From assembly GCA_049724395.1 (NCBI GenBank), contig JAUGWO010000091.1, positions 248,001-312,000 of the forward strand: a stretch of 64,000 nucleotides of DNA, written 5' to 3'. The notes under the pieces were generated by a model, which worked only from the letters and a program-made list of their open reading frames with translations, was not told the origin of the DNA and made no database searches. Positions within the stretch are counted from its first letter, which is position 1, and every line of letters begins with the position of its first letter. This stretch comes from Spongospora subterranea f. sp. subterranea (lineage: Eukaryota). Of this stretch, positions 48,941-63,200 are shown piece by piece. The translations under genes and the position numbers were made by a program.

Positions 48941-51900
48941 ATGGCTCAGGAAGCGCTTCCAATTCGATTTGCGGAAGTTTTGAACGTGAGCGATTCCTGT
49001 GCATGTCCACATGTATCGCAATTCTCAGACGTGATCCGTGATAGCTGACAGCACTAGGCGTCAAACCAGAATTCATCAAGTTCAAAAATGTCACGATGGA
49101 ATCGGATAAGTTCATTTCGGTACTTGAAGAAGGTTCCGGATCAGTGGCTATCATTGATACGGTCACCAAAAAAGTCACAAAATTACCAGCAAAGGTCGAT
49201 TCGGCCATCATGAACCCAATATCCCATGTCGTCGGCTTCAGAGGTCCATATTTTTGCATACTTTTTAGTTTTTTTACTTTCTTTTCAAATTTTATAAACT
49301 CAAATTTTGACCCGTTTGCGAGTTTCGAGATTAAATTTTAATTGATATTTCGGTTTCTGGGTTACACGTTTTCACATATTGTTGTTGAACTAGACTTGGT
49401 TCTAATGCTGTTTCAGCTGCCAATAACCTTCAGATTTACAATTTGGAGATGCAAACAAGAATGAAGGTCGCATCGCTTCCAGATAACGTTGTATTCTGGA
49501 AATGGTATTCAAATTCAAATTTGTGTTTGTGAACGACGATGACCCTGTCTCAGGATGAATCAAAATACAATTGCCATCGTAACGGAAAAGTCGGTTCTAC
49601 ATTGGTCGATGAATGGGGATGCGGCTCCTGAGAAAATTTTCGATCGGGCTCAGTATGACGGATCAGTGCAGATTCTTAACTATAAGGTGGTTTTTAGAAA
49701 TTTGTTTCACTGTTTTTTAATGTCGTGATAGGCTTCATCAGATGAGAAATGGCTCATTCTTGGAGGCTTGGCGGCTCGTCCCACTGGAGGTAATGCTTTA
49801 TGCTGTGTGATCATCACCTTGCGATAACGCAAACTGTGCGACTGTTGGAATCTTTACTTTTTTCAAGATTCTCGTTTGCGATTGTCTCAGTGAACGTCGT
49901 GCCCTCAGGCGTTGCAGGCGTGCTACAGCTTTATTCTGTCGACCGTAAAGTCTCCCAGCCTACGCTGGATGCTCATGCAGGCACATTCGCCAATGTCAAG
50001 CTTGATGGGCGGGATTCTCCGTCAATTTTATTTTGTTTTGTGACTAATTCACCTCAAGGACCCAAGGTGAGCGCTGTCCGTTTCCGCTTATGTCGCGATC
50101 CGATAATGCCTTTTTTCAGTTATCCATCATCGAAGTGGGGTCACCCAAGGAACAAGTTTTTAAGGCCATGACCGATGTTAAATTCCAGGTCGAACAGGTG
50201 AAATTTTATCGTGATGCTGTTTTCGCTCTCAATTAACGAGCTGAAAATCAGGACTTTGCTCTTTCCATGCATTCAGACGATAAGCGTGGCACACTCTTCC
50301 TGCTTACCAAAGCGGGATTTCTATATCTCTATGAAATTCAATCTACCAAATGCATTTTTGCCAAACGTATTTCTCAGTCGACAATGTTTGTTTCGGTAAT
50401 TTTTTTATATCTGCTTTGATATTTTTTAATTGCTGATTTTTTCAGGTCTCACATGTTGAGTCTGGCGGAGTCGTCTCACTGGATCAAACGGGTCGTCTAA
50501 TTTTGGTTGCTCTTGATGAGGCCAATCTGGTCCAATACATAATGGACTCTCTCAAGGTTTCTTGGTTTGCTTTCCGTTTTCAAACGTTTTGTGACTGATT
50601 TTTTCTCGAAATAAATTCAGGACACAGAACTTGGCGTGAGAATGGCTGCTAGATATAATCTTCCAGGAGCTGGTGATATTTTCCGCGTTCAGTTTGATAA
50701 ATTGATCGCCGCCGGTCAAGTTGCCGCTGCTGCACGAATTGCTGTCGAAGCCCCGCAAGAGATTCTTCGTACCCCTGAAACGCTGAATGCGTTTAAGCGT
50801 CTGCCCGCTGTTCAAGGACAACCTGCGCCCATTTTGCAATATTTTTCTTTATTATTACAGCGCGGTATGTTGACCGCCTTTGTTATCAGTTTAGCATATG
50901 TACTCCTCATTTTTGTGCACATCTGCTCCTCTATGATTTGAAATGATGCCTTAATGTAGTTGTGTTTTTTTTTTCGCTGTGCCGACCGAAATGAGGTTTT
51001 GGGTTTTGAGGGTTCATGCCTTTATCAATCAAATGGATTCGTCGATCAATTCGCTCTCTTATCACTGACGTCTCAGGTAAATTGAATACCATAGAGTCAA
51101 TTGAACTCACTCGACCTGTACTGGCCTCTGGCGCACCTGCGGGCAAAGAACATCTTCGCGGTTGGATTGCCGATGGCAAACTCGAATTCAGCGAAGAATT
51201 AGGTGATCTTTTACGCCAGTTCGACATAAAACTGGCTTGCTCGGTGTATCTTCGCGCTTCTTGTTCGGAAAAGGCAATAATGTGCTTCTTGCAACTTGGC
51301 GAGTTTGACAAGGTTCGCAATGCATCCTTATTGTTACTGTTTTTTGTTGTTGTTTCACCACATCGCTGATTAGCATGTCGTCACTAATTCTCGTAAGGCT
51401 TCTCGCTTCTTTTGTTTTTTCATACAATGCTGTGCTTTTATGTGTTAATTTCTTGCAAGCCTTTTGGTGTATCAATCATCTTATTATTTGCTCAGATTGT
51501 CGCATATGCAAAAAGCGTCAATTTTCTGCCTGATTACTCGCTGCTGCTTCAACAGCTACACCGGGTCAATCGGGATCACGCTTTGTCCTTTGCCCAAAAG
51601 CTTCAGTATGTTTGTCGTTTTTCCTTCCGAGGCATTGCTTATTGATGCTTGTTCACAGCACAAACGACACTGGTCCTCTACTGCCTGTCAAAGATATTGT
51701 GGATATCTTCATGGCTTCGCAAGACGCAAAGTCAACCACAGCTTTCCTTTTGGACTATTTGCAATCACGTGGCGATCGTCCAGAAGATGGCGAACTACAA
51801 ACCAAATTGCTTGAAATCAACCTCATGTATTCTCCTCAGGTGCGTAAATTGATGATTTGGTTTTCATTTAATCACTTTTGCTGTTTCGGTTCTAACTCTT

Positions 51901-54900
51901 GTTAATTTCAATATCAGGTTGCAGATGCTATCTTTGAGTCTTCTCACTACAACCTGTCCCACTTTGATCATCAGCACATCGCACAGCTTTGCGAGCGTGC
52001 AAACCTGTTCTCCAGAGCACTTGAATATTATGTTGACATGACCGACATCAAGCGCGTGCTTTTGATGGGTATATGTTCTTTTGCGTTGTTGCAACTTTTT
52101 TCAATCAACATTTCGCTTCAAAGGTCTTGTTTGTTGGCTGTCGGCGTTCTCTAATTTTTTGCTATTGTTCTAGGTTTGAATTCCGGGTTAGTCAAACCGG
52201 AATTTATCGTATCATATTTTGGGCGACATACACCCGAAAACTGTGTTGAAATCCTTCGTGAAATTCTTAAATTCAATGCCGTTCAGGTACCATTTCAATC
52301 ATCGCTCTTGCGCTGTGTCTCATTCTGTCTTTGCCTATTTAGCATATCCGTCTTGTGGTTGAGGTTGCTAAGACCTATTCAAAAGAATTATCTCCAGCTT
52401 CTCTTATCAAAATGTTCGAGGACTTTGATGCTCAACAGGGTCTGTTTTTCTATCTTGGAACGCTTGTGAATTTTTCTGAGGATGCCGATGTCGTTTTCAA
52501 GTACATTGAGGTAACTGATGCTGTTTTAATGTGTGATTCTGATTTCCGTTTGATTGAAACTCTTCACATTACTTCAGTCAGGGGTCAAGTTGAACCAAAT
52601 GAAAGAGGTTGAGCGCATTTGTCGCGATCACACGTTTTATGACGCTAAACAAGTCAAGGATTTTCTCATTGCCAAAGTAATTTTGCTCGCGCTGGTGTAT
52701 TGCTTGGTCAATTTAGCCTGTTTTTCTTTCAGGAACTGCCTGACCCTCGCCCTTTAATTCAAGTTTGCGACCGTCATGACTTTGTTGACGAACTCACTCG
52801 TTATCTCTATTCAAAGAACATGTTTCCGTTTTTAGAGGCTTATGTCACGAAAATGAATGCTGGTGCTACTCCTAAGGTCGAAAGTCTTTACCGCTGCTGC
52901 AGCAAACATCCAATTTTGTAATTTAGGTTATTGGCTCGTTAATCGATCTTTCCTGCGATGATAACAAAATTCGCGATCTTTTAAATAACCTTCGGCCACC
53001 AGCTTGTCCGATTGAGCAACTCTGTGAGGAGGTCGGCAAACGTACCCGGCTGCGTTTGCTGCTGCCATGGTTAGAAGCTCGTCGCAATGAAGGTACAGCA
53101 TCTATCGCATCGCATCAGAATGTTTTTTCCATTTGAAATTTAGGCAACGTTGAGCCAACCTTGCATAACGCTCTCGCGAAAATCTACGTCGAAACTAATA
53201 ATAACCCAAGTCATTTTCTTCTTAACAATGAATTTTACGACAGCAAAGTCATCATTTTTTCAACAAATGTCTGTTTATCAGATGAATTGAATTTATTTGC
53301 AGGTCGTAGGATCCTTTTGTGAAAGTCGCGATCCACATTTGGCATTTATCGCGTACCGCCGCGCCAATGGCCCTTGTGATGTTGAATTACTTGAGGTATC
53401 TGTTTTTTTTCGACCAATTTATGGGATATAACTAATGAAGGCAGGTTTCGAATAAACACGGGTTTTATAAAGATCAAGCCCGATACCTAGTTGTTCGTCA
53501 AGATCCAACGCTTTGGGAGATGGCGCTTGCGAACAATGTGCATCGTCGTGCTGTCATTGATCAAGTAATGAGTTAGGTTTTTCCAATTAGTTCCAGGTTT
53601 TTATTACTTTCTCAACAGGTTGTGGCGACTGCGTTGCCGGAGTCTCGCATACCAGAAGAAGTCTCAACCACTGTCAAGGCGTTTATGGCCGCCGATCTAC
53701 CCAAAGAACTCATTGAACTTCTTGAAAGGATTGTTCTACATGGTTACTCGGTCACACGAAAGTTTTAGATACAGTTCTCATGGGTTTTCTCGCAGGTCCC
53801 TCGGATTCCGAATTCCACACCAATCGCAATTTGCAAAACTTACTTATCTTGACGGCCATCAAAGCCGATCCGTCTCGCGTCTCGGATTATCTGAATCGTC
53901 TTGATAACTATGATGGGCCAGATATTGCTCGTATTGCAATTTCCGACCAATATAAGGTGCAAAATTTGTTCTTTGCTTTATTGCATTTTCGCTCTCAGAG
54001 CTGTCCGAATCTGTTTTGTAAAACTTCAATTGCTTCAGCTCTTTTTTTCTCGTTTTACTCAAAATTGATTCTGTCACTGTGGCTTTTGTCTTCATACGCT
54101 CGCTATTTGGCAAACTTCATTGGCTATGTTATGACTGAATTATGTAGCTCTACGAGGCGGCGTTTTTCATCTACAAGAAGTTCACCTTGGGAGAAGATGC
54201 CATTCGGGTCCTTTTAGATAACATTGACTCTGTTGAACGTGCTATTGAATTCGCCGCCTACTGGGATAAGGGTCCCGTTTGGTCAATTCTTGCCCGCGCG
54301 TTGCTACAGCATGGTCGTACGACAGAGGCCATTGATGCCTTTATGAAAGCCTCTGATCCGAGCGCGTACGCTGACGTCATTGCTGCTGCATCCAAGGAGC
54401 AGCTGTGGCCTGTGTTAATCGTTTATTTGAAAATGTCCAGATCCAAGCTTCGTACGTAAATTTGTTCTTGTCCTCTAATCTTGCATCAAATCAATGGTTC
54501 GCTTTTGTTGCCGTCTTGCGTAGTTGACTTGGGCTCTCATTTCTTTAAGTGATTTTCCTGTTTAGTATATCACGCTTTTTAAGCTAATTATGCACTTTTT
54601 TAGGCGAGTCCGCGCTGGATAACGAGCTCGTCTATGCCATGGCTCATTCTGAGGATTTAACGCCTCTTGAAGAGTTCCTCTCAACTCCTCACATTGCCAA
54701 ACTCGAGTCCATTGGCGATCGCCTCTTTGATGAAGGTAGTTGCTCGCTCCTGTGCTTTCCTATGTAGTGACGAAGTTGTTTTTTAAATCCACCTTCTTCA
54801 GGTCTTTACTTTGCCAGCTCTCACCATCTACAATCACCTGAATATTTACGCGAAGCTGGCGCTTTGCTACGTTCATCTTCACCAGTTTCAGGCTGCAGTT

Positions 54901-56827
54901 GACGCTGCGCGCAAAGCCAACTCCATTCCAACTTGGAAAGCAATTTGTTATGCCTGCGTGGACGCTCTTGAATTTCGTCTTGCGCAAGCCTGCGGTTCGT
55001 CATCACGTTCTGAAAGTTTTATTTACTAAAGGCCGATTCGATTTGCTATAGGTGTCCATATCATTGTGTTTATGGACCATCTCAGCGACTTGATTCATCA
55101 TTACGAGGTTGGGTGTCACTTTGAACAGGCAATTGCGCTGTTAGAGCAAGGTTAGTACATTCTCCTTTTTTGTTCTTTCTTGTTTTTGTGTTGGACACAC
55201 ATTTCATGTTCATTTTGCGCTTTTACCGTATCTTTTATCGACGTTGTATATGCTCAGGTATTAACCTCGACCGAGCTCATCAGGGTATCTTCACAACCCT
55301 GGGTCTGCTTTACGCCAAATACAAATCCGAAAAACTAATGGAGCACGTCAAACTCTTCTGGTCCCGCTTAAACATTCCAACGCTTCTAGGTGGTTGCCTG
55401 ACTAACAGGCATTACGTCGAGGCCGTGTTTTTGTATTGTCACTATGATCAGTACGATAATGGTGTCGATGTTCTCATAGAGCATTCCCCCTCTTGTTGGC
55501 AACATGATCTTTTCAAACAAACTATTATTCAGTGCACCAATACTGAAGGTAACCGTTTTCTCTATTTTACTATCAAACAAGCCCTAACTATCACATTCGC
55601 AATTCTTCTCCAGTTTTTTATCGTGCTGTAACCTTCTATCTTCGAGAGCATCCTTTATTGCTAAATGATCTTCTGATTGAGATCTCGTCCAAGCTCGACC
55701 ATACCCGAGTTGTTCGTTTGCTTCGTCAAGAAGAGGCTCTTCCGCTTTGTTTAAAATACTTACTGTTTGTTCAAAAAGACAACATTGTTGCTGTTAATGA
55801 AGCCGTTAATCAACTGTAAGATTACTTCTGTTCTGATGAATGCTCCTTTTTCAAGCGTTCAACCGTGTCCAGTTTTGGTGATTATGTCTTTTGGCTTTCA
55901 GGTTTGTCGGACTCAGAAGATTATAAAGCATTGAGAGAGTCGATTGAAGGACACGACGCATTCGATCAGATCACTCTTGCACAGAAGCTTGAGACTCATT
56001 CACTTTTAGAAATGCGACGGATTTCCTCGTACCTATATAAGGTCAACAAGCGCTATGAGGTAACGCACTCTGTTTTCATATAATGACTTCGAACTCATTG
56101 AGCACATATCGCAGGTTGCTATCGGTATTGCAAAAAAAGATGTTTTATACGAGGATGTCATTTCCACTGCCGCGGTTTCCAAAGACACTGTCATTGCCGA
56201 AGAACTCGTCCGGTTTTTCGTCGAAAAGAAAGAAATAGCTTGCTTTTCGGTAAACCTCTGTACACATATTTTGTTGATATCCCACGTCAACCTTTTATAC
56301 CGATCGGCCATTTTTTCTTCAGTTTTTAGCGACTCAACAATTTTTTTAAATTCTTGAAAATCGGGCGTTTTTGACCCTCAACTTTTGACGTCTGCTCTCT
56401 GTTTGTATAGGCAATGCTCTATTCTTGTTACAGTCAAATCCGAGCCGACGTTGTTCTTGAGCTAGCCTGGCGACACAACATCGTTGACAATGTTATGCCT
56501 TTTATGATCCAGACATTCCGCGAATATGACGACAAACTCAACGATATCGCCGGTAAGCTTGAGGCCCAATCCAAGGCCGAAAAGGAGGCCGTCAACGAGG
56601 AGAAAAAGAAACAAGAGCAGGAGTCAAGCAAGGCGGCACAATTCATCGGCATTCCCAGCTTCGCGGGACCAGCGGCTCCGCTTGCCATCATGCCGCCCAT
56701 GGCCTATGGCAGCAATGGTTCTCCTATGATGTATCCGGGCCATGGAGGCCCCGTCATGAACGGGCAGATGCCTGGTGGTTATGGGGCCATGCCTCCGCCC
56801 AACCAGTTTGCCCAACCCCATTACTGA
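48941..56827 (+). CDS. CLTC: Clathrin heavy chain, more than 30 exons
   Basis: [20 protein letters not shown]...[86 protein letters not shown]; Pro/Gly/Met-rich tail. Confidence 0.97.
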
Positions 56828-57027
56828 ACATAAATCTGTCGGCGATTATAAATGTCATTGACCTTTCTATTAACAACATGTATGGAACCCTTGTGTTCAC
56901 GTTTTTTTCCACTTCAGACAATGCGAAATCAAATTTCGCATCAAAAATGACAATTGTTGCTGACGAACAATCTGCGTTGCTGTCTGCTTTACCTGTTTTC
57001 TGAGAAAGGTATGCCACGACGCCGTAG

Positions 57028-57753
57028 TGTGAGTAGCGACACCTTTATTTATCAAGAATCCCACAAATATCTTCAAAGACGAGACCAACATTAACCACAC
57101 ACAACAACAATCTGACTGTCGTGATGCCAACAATCTTGTACGGTAGTTGTCCCACGGTTTCAATAGCGGACGTCGTTGCCGTCTATCCAGTTGTCCCACG
57201 GTTTCAATAGCGGACGTCGTTGCCGTCTATCCAGTTGTCCCACGGTTTCAATAGCGGACGTCGTTGCCGTCTATCCAGTTGTCCCACGGTTTCAATAGCG
57301 GACGTCGTTGCCGTCTATCCAGTTGTCCCACGGTTTCAATAGCGGACGTCGTTGCCGTCTATCCAGTTGTCTCACGGTTTCAATAGCGGACGTCGTTGCC
57401 GTCTATCCAGTTGTCTCACGGTTTCAATAGCGGACGTCGTTGCCGTCTATCCAGTTGTCCCACGGTTTCAATAGCGGACGTCGTTGCCGTCTATCCAGTT
57501 GTCTCACGGTTTCAATAGCGGACGTCGTTGCCGTCTATCCAGTTGTCTCACGGTTTCAATAGCGGACGTCGTTGCCGTCTATCCAGTTGTCTCACGGTTT
57601 CAATAGCGGACGTCGTTGCCGTCTATCCAGTTGTCTCACGGTTTCAATAGCGGACGTCATTGCCGTCTATCCAGTTGTCCCACGGTTGCAATAGCGGACG
57701 TCGTTGCCGTCTATTCAATTAGGCTGAGATTTACGTCTAGAATGTGTCTCACA
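57028..57753. mobile_element. Putative LTR (possibly solo) bounded by TGTGAG...CTCACA
   Basis: Inverted termini TG...CA (TGTGAG 57028-33 / CTCACA 57748-53, with GACAC/GTGTC nearby); AATAAA on the minus strand near the left end; adjacent to gypsy debris; imperfect 4-bp flanks gtag/ggag. Confidence 0.5.
57145..57716. repeat. Minisatellite: 13 tandem copies of a 44-bp unit AGTTGTC(C/T)CACGGTTTCAATAGCGGACGTCGTTGCCGTCTATCC
   Basis: Units start every 44 bp from 57145 to 57673. They are nearly identical, with one C/T dimorphism and a few extra changes in the last two copies. There are no spacers. Confidence 0.97.
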
Positions 57754-57789
57754 GGAGATTTGTTATTGATAGTCCCAATTTTCCTATAG

Positions 57790-59800
57790 CGCGCACTGCT
57801 CTGTTGTCCTGATCATATATTGGCGACTGTCGCCCTGTCCAATAGAAAATTATGCTGTATTGCTTTGATTTTTAGTAAATCCTTCGAGTGGTTGCCATTG
57901 AATCAATCACAAAACTCTCAAGCTCTGATTTTCTCGTATTTGCAGACAGTCTTGCCAGTGGTTTTGCAATCCCTGGATGGACTAAATTTACGAAACCTCA
58001 AACAATCCCGAGCATGCAACAAAGGAAAACATTATTGTCAGTTGGTGTCTACTGAAAAGTTCGAGAAATCTTCCTTACCTGGACCTGAATTGACCCAATC
58101 TCGTTCTCAGCGATGTTCGGCTGGCTGTTAATAATTTATCTTTTGCGGTGTCTGCCACTGTTGACGATGGCGCTGATTTTTCAGTAAATGGGTTGTAAAT
58201 AACTACTCTGCGGTTTTTAAGATTTCGCCATTAGTCAAAAACCTGTGCACGTTAGTGTTGCAACTGATGATGAAGCGACGTGTTCACGCTGTGTGGTTTT
58301 TGATGTTACACTGCCGGAAATGTCATTGTTCGACGCCATCGGATCTACATTGCGGATATTCCCATGTCTGAAGTTCTGCTGGGCCGACCTTTCTTGCTCC
58401 GTTTAGGCATCGATGTTGAATCTTAAATTTGTCTCATAGCTGGAAAAAAATCGTTAGGTGATTGTGGTTTTAATTCAGCAAATTCGTTGACCATGTATCG
58501 GATAACGCTCCTTCTTACGATTCCAACTCATCTGGTGATATTCGTACTGCTTTACATGATCGTCTTCAAGATTGTATTCGAAATATGCTCCGCCGTTTTT
58601 TATTTTACTCTTGATCTTTTGTTATCTGAAATTGTTGACATATTTCGTATATCATATGTCTTTGGATTTACCAGTTAAGGTTACTCCTTTGATTTTCAAG
58701 CAATTACCTTGTACCGTCCCTGATGTGGCCAATTCTCATATCATGTCGGCTGTGGCCAGGGACTATAAGCGAGGATGGGTTGCTGAACTCGAAAAATGTG
58801 AGCCCATATATTTTAATCGTAATCCTACTTGGGCTCTACCGGCTTTTGTTGTTGACTCGTTGAAAAACCTCGGATGGTGATTGAGATGGTTCCTGCCAAT
58901 CAGACCATGGTAAAATATTATTTTCCCAATGCCTCCTTTACATACTTTAGGATGTAATTTAAAAGGTTCTTTTGTCTATTTTTACGCTTGATTGCTTCAA
59001 AGATTATTGACAATTCCCTGTTACTGGTGATCTTGATTGGCAAAGTTTTGTTACTCCCTTTAGTGTCTTTGATCCTAGTCGAACCTGCCAAGGCAATTGT
59101 AATGGTGTTTTCGCGTTTCGATGTGGTATGCATGAGATATTTGAAGATTTTAATTCCTAATAAGCTCCTAGTATGGCTGGATGACGTATTAAGGTTTTAT
59201 GATTCTCCCGAAAAAAAATGGTGGCGCTATTAAGAGAGGTGTTTGCTCTCTGCCGAGATTTCAATCTGAAACTGAGCGCCTCAAAATGCTGTTTTTGTAA
59301 ATCTGAAGCTTTCTAGTGTGGGAATATCTTCTCGCCCTATGGAATTTTGCCTGACCCCCATCGAATCCAAGCTTTACCAAACTTTCCCGTCTCTTCAACT
59401 GCTGATGAGAACTAATGCGGTTCATATGCGCGGCTACATGGTTAGCCTCCTCAATTCCTGATTTTGCCAAGAAAGCTGCCCGGATGCGTCAGCTTCTTGA
59501 AGAGTGCTTGTCCAATGCTCCTGTTAGATCTAACTCCAATGTCGTTGACTACGTGTTAGTTTTGATTGTTTAGGAAAAGCAACGAATAGGTTGCAAGTTC
59601 GCTGGTCTGGCCCCTTCAAATTTCGGCCGTTAAGTTTGAATATGTTTTCACTGTCAAGGATTAGTTGTCTGATAAGTCGTTTCATTGCCATTACTCCCGT
59701 CTTCGTTTTTATTCTGATTCGCAGTTGAATGTTACTGAAGAGATACTCAAGCAATCTGCCACCGGTTTCGAAATCGATGATGTTCTTGCTACTAATTCGC
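57790..59800 (+). mobile_element. Degenerate Ty3/gypsy LTR-retrotransposon internal region (protease, RT, integrase C-terminus)
   Basis: Protease TVDDGADFS and LLGRPFLLRLGID; RT TWALPAFVV, FTLDCFKDY*QFP, LVWLDDV (59174-59185), NLKLSASKC, PDPHRIQAL; integrase C-terminus RLQVRWSGPF, HYSRLRFY. Many stops, frameshifts and deletions. Confidence 0.85.
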
Positions 59801-60234
59801 CCAACAAAGGATGCTACATTCTTTGAATGAAAAAGTGCAGATAGAGACCAGTTCTACAAAATGACGGGAACTTAGCCGAATTACAAACTCAGAATGTGTG
59901 ACAATGAATTCGATCTATAGGGAACAATGGGAACCCTAAGCATTTGATTTAATTCAAAAATTATGAATATTTATCTCGATTCACGGAACAGATAGGCTTT
60001 CGTGTATTAGATGAAATTTTAGATGCATCTGAGGATGATGTCCATGCTAGAATATCGTCGCAATCGCCGTCAGCTACCCGACAAATATCCCGATGACACC
60101 ATTTGAGACCAAGGTAGGACGATATCCCTTGTGAGTGAGCTGCTGGACCATGACAGTGTCCGTTACGCATTGCGCCAGGCATCGACCGTAGCTGATTTGG
60201 CCTTGATCGTATAGGACCGTTGGATCCTGATACC

Positions 60235-63200
60235 ATGCAGGAAGGAGGGGGCAAGCGCCCTCGTTCCGAGGCCCAGGATACAAATGTCGCCGGTGTTCCA
60301 GCGGTATCAAATGATTGATCATTGTGCAATTTGGCTCCGCCGCCAATATACTATCACCTTCTCATTGTGTTCATTGCGTTTAGGATATCACAGATCCAGA
60401 GTCTCTGTTACGATATCAAAATAAGAAACAGTCGCAACTGTTACGTGAGAGGGCTCGCACTATTAACACATTACAGGATCAGGTAATATCATCGTCTGGG
60501 GATCATATTCCTATCGACACCCGTATTGGATACCAGATTCAACCATGGACTCCAGGTGGCAGCATTGCACAAAGCGGAGGCTTCGGCTTTGTCGCAGCTG
60601 AAGCATTGTGCCTCATCATGGGTTAATTTGCAAGCAAATTTGACGGCATTGCTGCGACGATGCGTAGACGCCGCATCGCTTGATTCAACTTTCGACGGTT
60701 CCAAACTATTCCAATCTTTAACGCAAGGTGGGAAATTGTTTTCGACATACGATCTTGTCTGTTGTTGGCATATTGCTAATGTGACGCTGTTACAGGCACT
60801 ATTGATGATCAATCACAAGATTCGATATCGTTATTGAGGATTTTATGTAACGCTCTGTCGTCACAAGAGCAAAAAATTCAGGTCTGGTTGAGCTCTCGTA
60901 CGTAACATATTATTCCTCACCGCTGGCGTGCACATTTATATATAGTCGCTGGTGCAATCCGCTGGTTCCAGCGACACACTTGATTCTGCCATCCGCAGTA
61001 TCGTTCAACAACAACAAGAAAAGATTCAGCAACTGGAAATCACCGTAAATGGGTTGGATGGGACAGAGGTATAATGTTTTGTTTATCAAATTTTTGATTG
61101 TTTGTATCCACTCTTGGTGAATCGATGTAGGCGGCGTTAACCAAAGAGCGAATACTTGTGAATGATGCAAACAGACGCATTTTGTCACTTGAGGCCGAAC
61201 TAGACGAGAAGTCCTCATTGTTACGGGAAGCGCTAAAGCATATTGATCGCTTAGATCTTACACCATCTGTATGGTCTCTATTTATGTTGTCCCAGAAAAT
61301 ATTCTGCACTTTTGTTTGGTTTAAATTCGACTGAATATTTTATGCCATTGATCATCGTGTCGCTTTTTATTTTCGCTATAAAATGTTATTTCAGAATTCC
61401 TGCTTGCGCGCGCATTGATTCTCTGTTCAGGCAGACAACAATGGGTTACTGTCTGTCAACAGCCCCCAGCTATCCGATAAGACCAGTGACGTTGCCACCT
61501 CTGTGGAATCCACCACAGTGGCGAATGCGGTTGACGCTGCTGTAATTGCCGACCTTCAGCGTACAGAGCATTCAATTTCCGGATGTTTTTTCAGTTTTCT
61601 TTGTGTCTTCAGTTTGCGTATTTTCAATTCAATAAGGTGATTATTTTGATTATTTTGTTGTTTTTAGAAAAGCTTGCGGCAGCGTCTGAGATTTGCGATA
61701 TGCGCATGCAGACGGAAACTTCGTTACAGGAACGTTACGATAAGGTTTGTCAACTTTGTTGGTATCACGTTTCTGTACCTTTGTAATTTACCAATTGATT
61801 GCGCAGCTGTACCACACTTTGCAAGATCATGAAGCAGCCTCAATTGCGTCCAATGGTCGAGCCATCCAGGCCGAACTAGCAAAGGATGTCGCACTACGAC
61901 AGGTAATGTGATCAAATACCGCTCGATTTTGTTACCATTTTTTCGTCCGACCGGTTCATGGTTCTGCAACATCGGATTATGTTTACTCATTTGGAGACAT
62001 CTCCATGCTATTTTTAACTCAGGCAAACGCAATTGAATTTATCAAGCTTTTTTGCTGTTTCAATACAGATTACCGATTTAAAGGCAGAACTTCTTGGCGT
62101 CAAAGCCGCAGCAGCTGATGCGGAAGCCACTTTCCAGTCGACGCTGGAGGCCCGGTCGGTTCTTCATTCTCAGCAGTTGTGCGCACTCCAAGCTGAAGCT
62201 ACCTCCGCTCGACAATCTCTTGTTGAGTTAGAATCCGCTGCTCAGCGAGCGTCCGCTCAGGCTTCAATTGATACTGAATCATGCAAAACAAAATTATCGC
62301 GGTATGTTTACCCAGTTTTTGCTGTTTTTTGAGGTCAATCAAGTTTCATTTGATTGCTTCGGCATTTTGCGGATTTACGAATACTTTGTAATGACGCTTT
62401 GTCTTTGTAGATTGACGGAGCTTGAAGCCCTTTGCTCTAATTTGGGTCTAGAGTTACAGCGTCGAAGCAAATCGCATAGCGGCCCATCCGCCACTGAAGT
62501 TGATCCAGTAATTCGGAACATGTCATAAATATCGACCGCACTTTGTTGTTTTTTGCTTTTTTAGTTTTTTTCGACTTTCAACTTCAAAAATGTTTTCATA
62601 CAGATGCTGGCTCTGCCATTCGTTGATCGAAGTCTCTCGATTTGACTTTGATCTCTTGCGCTTCAGGATGATTTGAATGCCGCCTTAATGTCAGAGCTTG
62701 ATGAAATGGCGCATCAGTACGACGAATTGAGTGAAATGAACGCTCGTTTGCAGACTCAGATGCACAGCGTTGAAGATTGCAATACACAGCTCGGTAGGGA
62801 GGGATTTTTTTAGCCCATTGCGGTCCTCATATTGATTTTGATGTAGTGGCTGCTGCTACACGTCTACAACAAACTGTTGAGCGGGATCAGATTGAAAAAC
62901 GATTGCTTCTTGAAAAAGAATCTAAACTCAGTATGTGTCATTAGGACCAAATTTATTTATCAATCTGTCGTCATACTTGTGGAATTTTCATTTCAAAGGC
63001 AATGTATTTTTTCCTTGAGACGTATAAGTTGTCTTGCTTCATTTTTTTTTCTCAATTCCGAAGTCTCCAACCTTTTTACTTGCATTCCTTTTTGTATGCA
63101 GGTCATTGACAAATTCGGTTTCTGATGTTTTTTTGTGGATTCTGTAGAAGGTGCGCTGGCCCTTCATGCGGATTCTGAGGCCGCTCTGGTCGCTCAGGTT

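Noticed and set aside
57145..57716. CRISPR array (units contain GTTTCAAT, reminiscent of some CRISPR repeats)
   Set aside because: Units are contiguous and identical with no unique spacers, there are no cas genes, and the context is eukaryotic. It is a minisatellite.
59870..59905. Possible 3' LTR of the gypsy element (agaatgtgt...ca similar to 57740-57753)
   Set aside because: The similarity is only about 10 bp; there is no polypurine tract and no extended LTR match.
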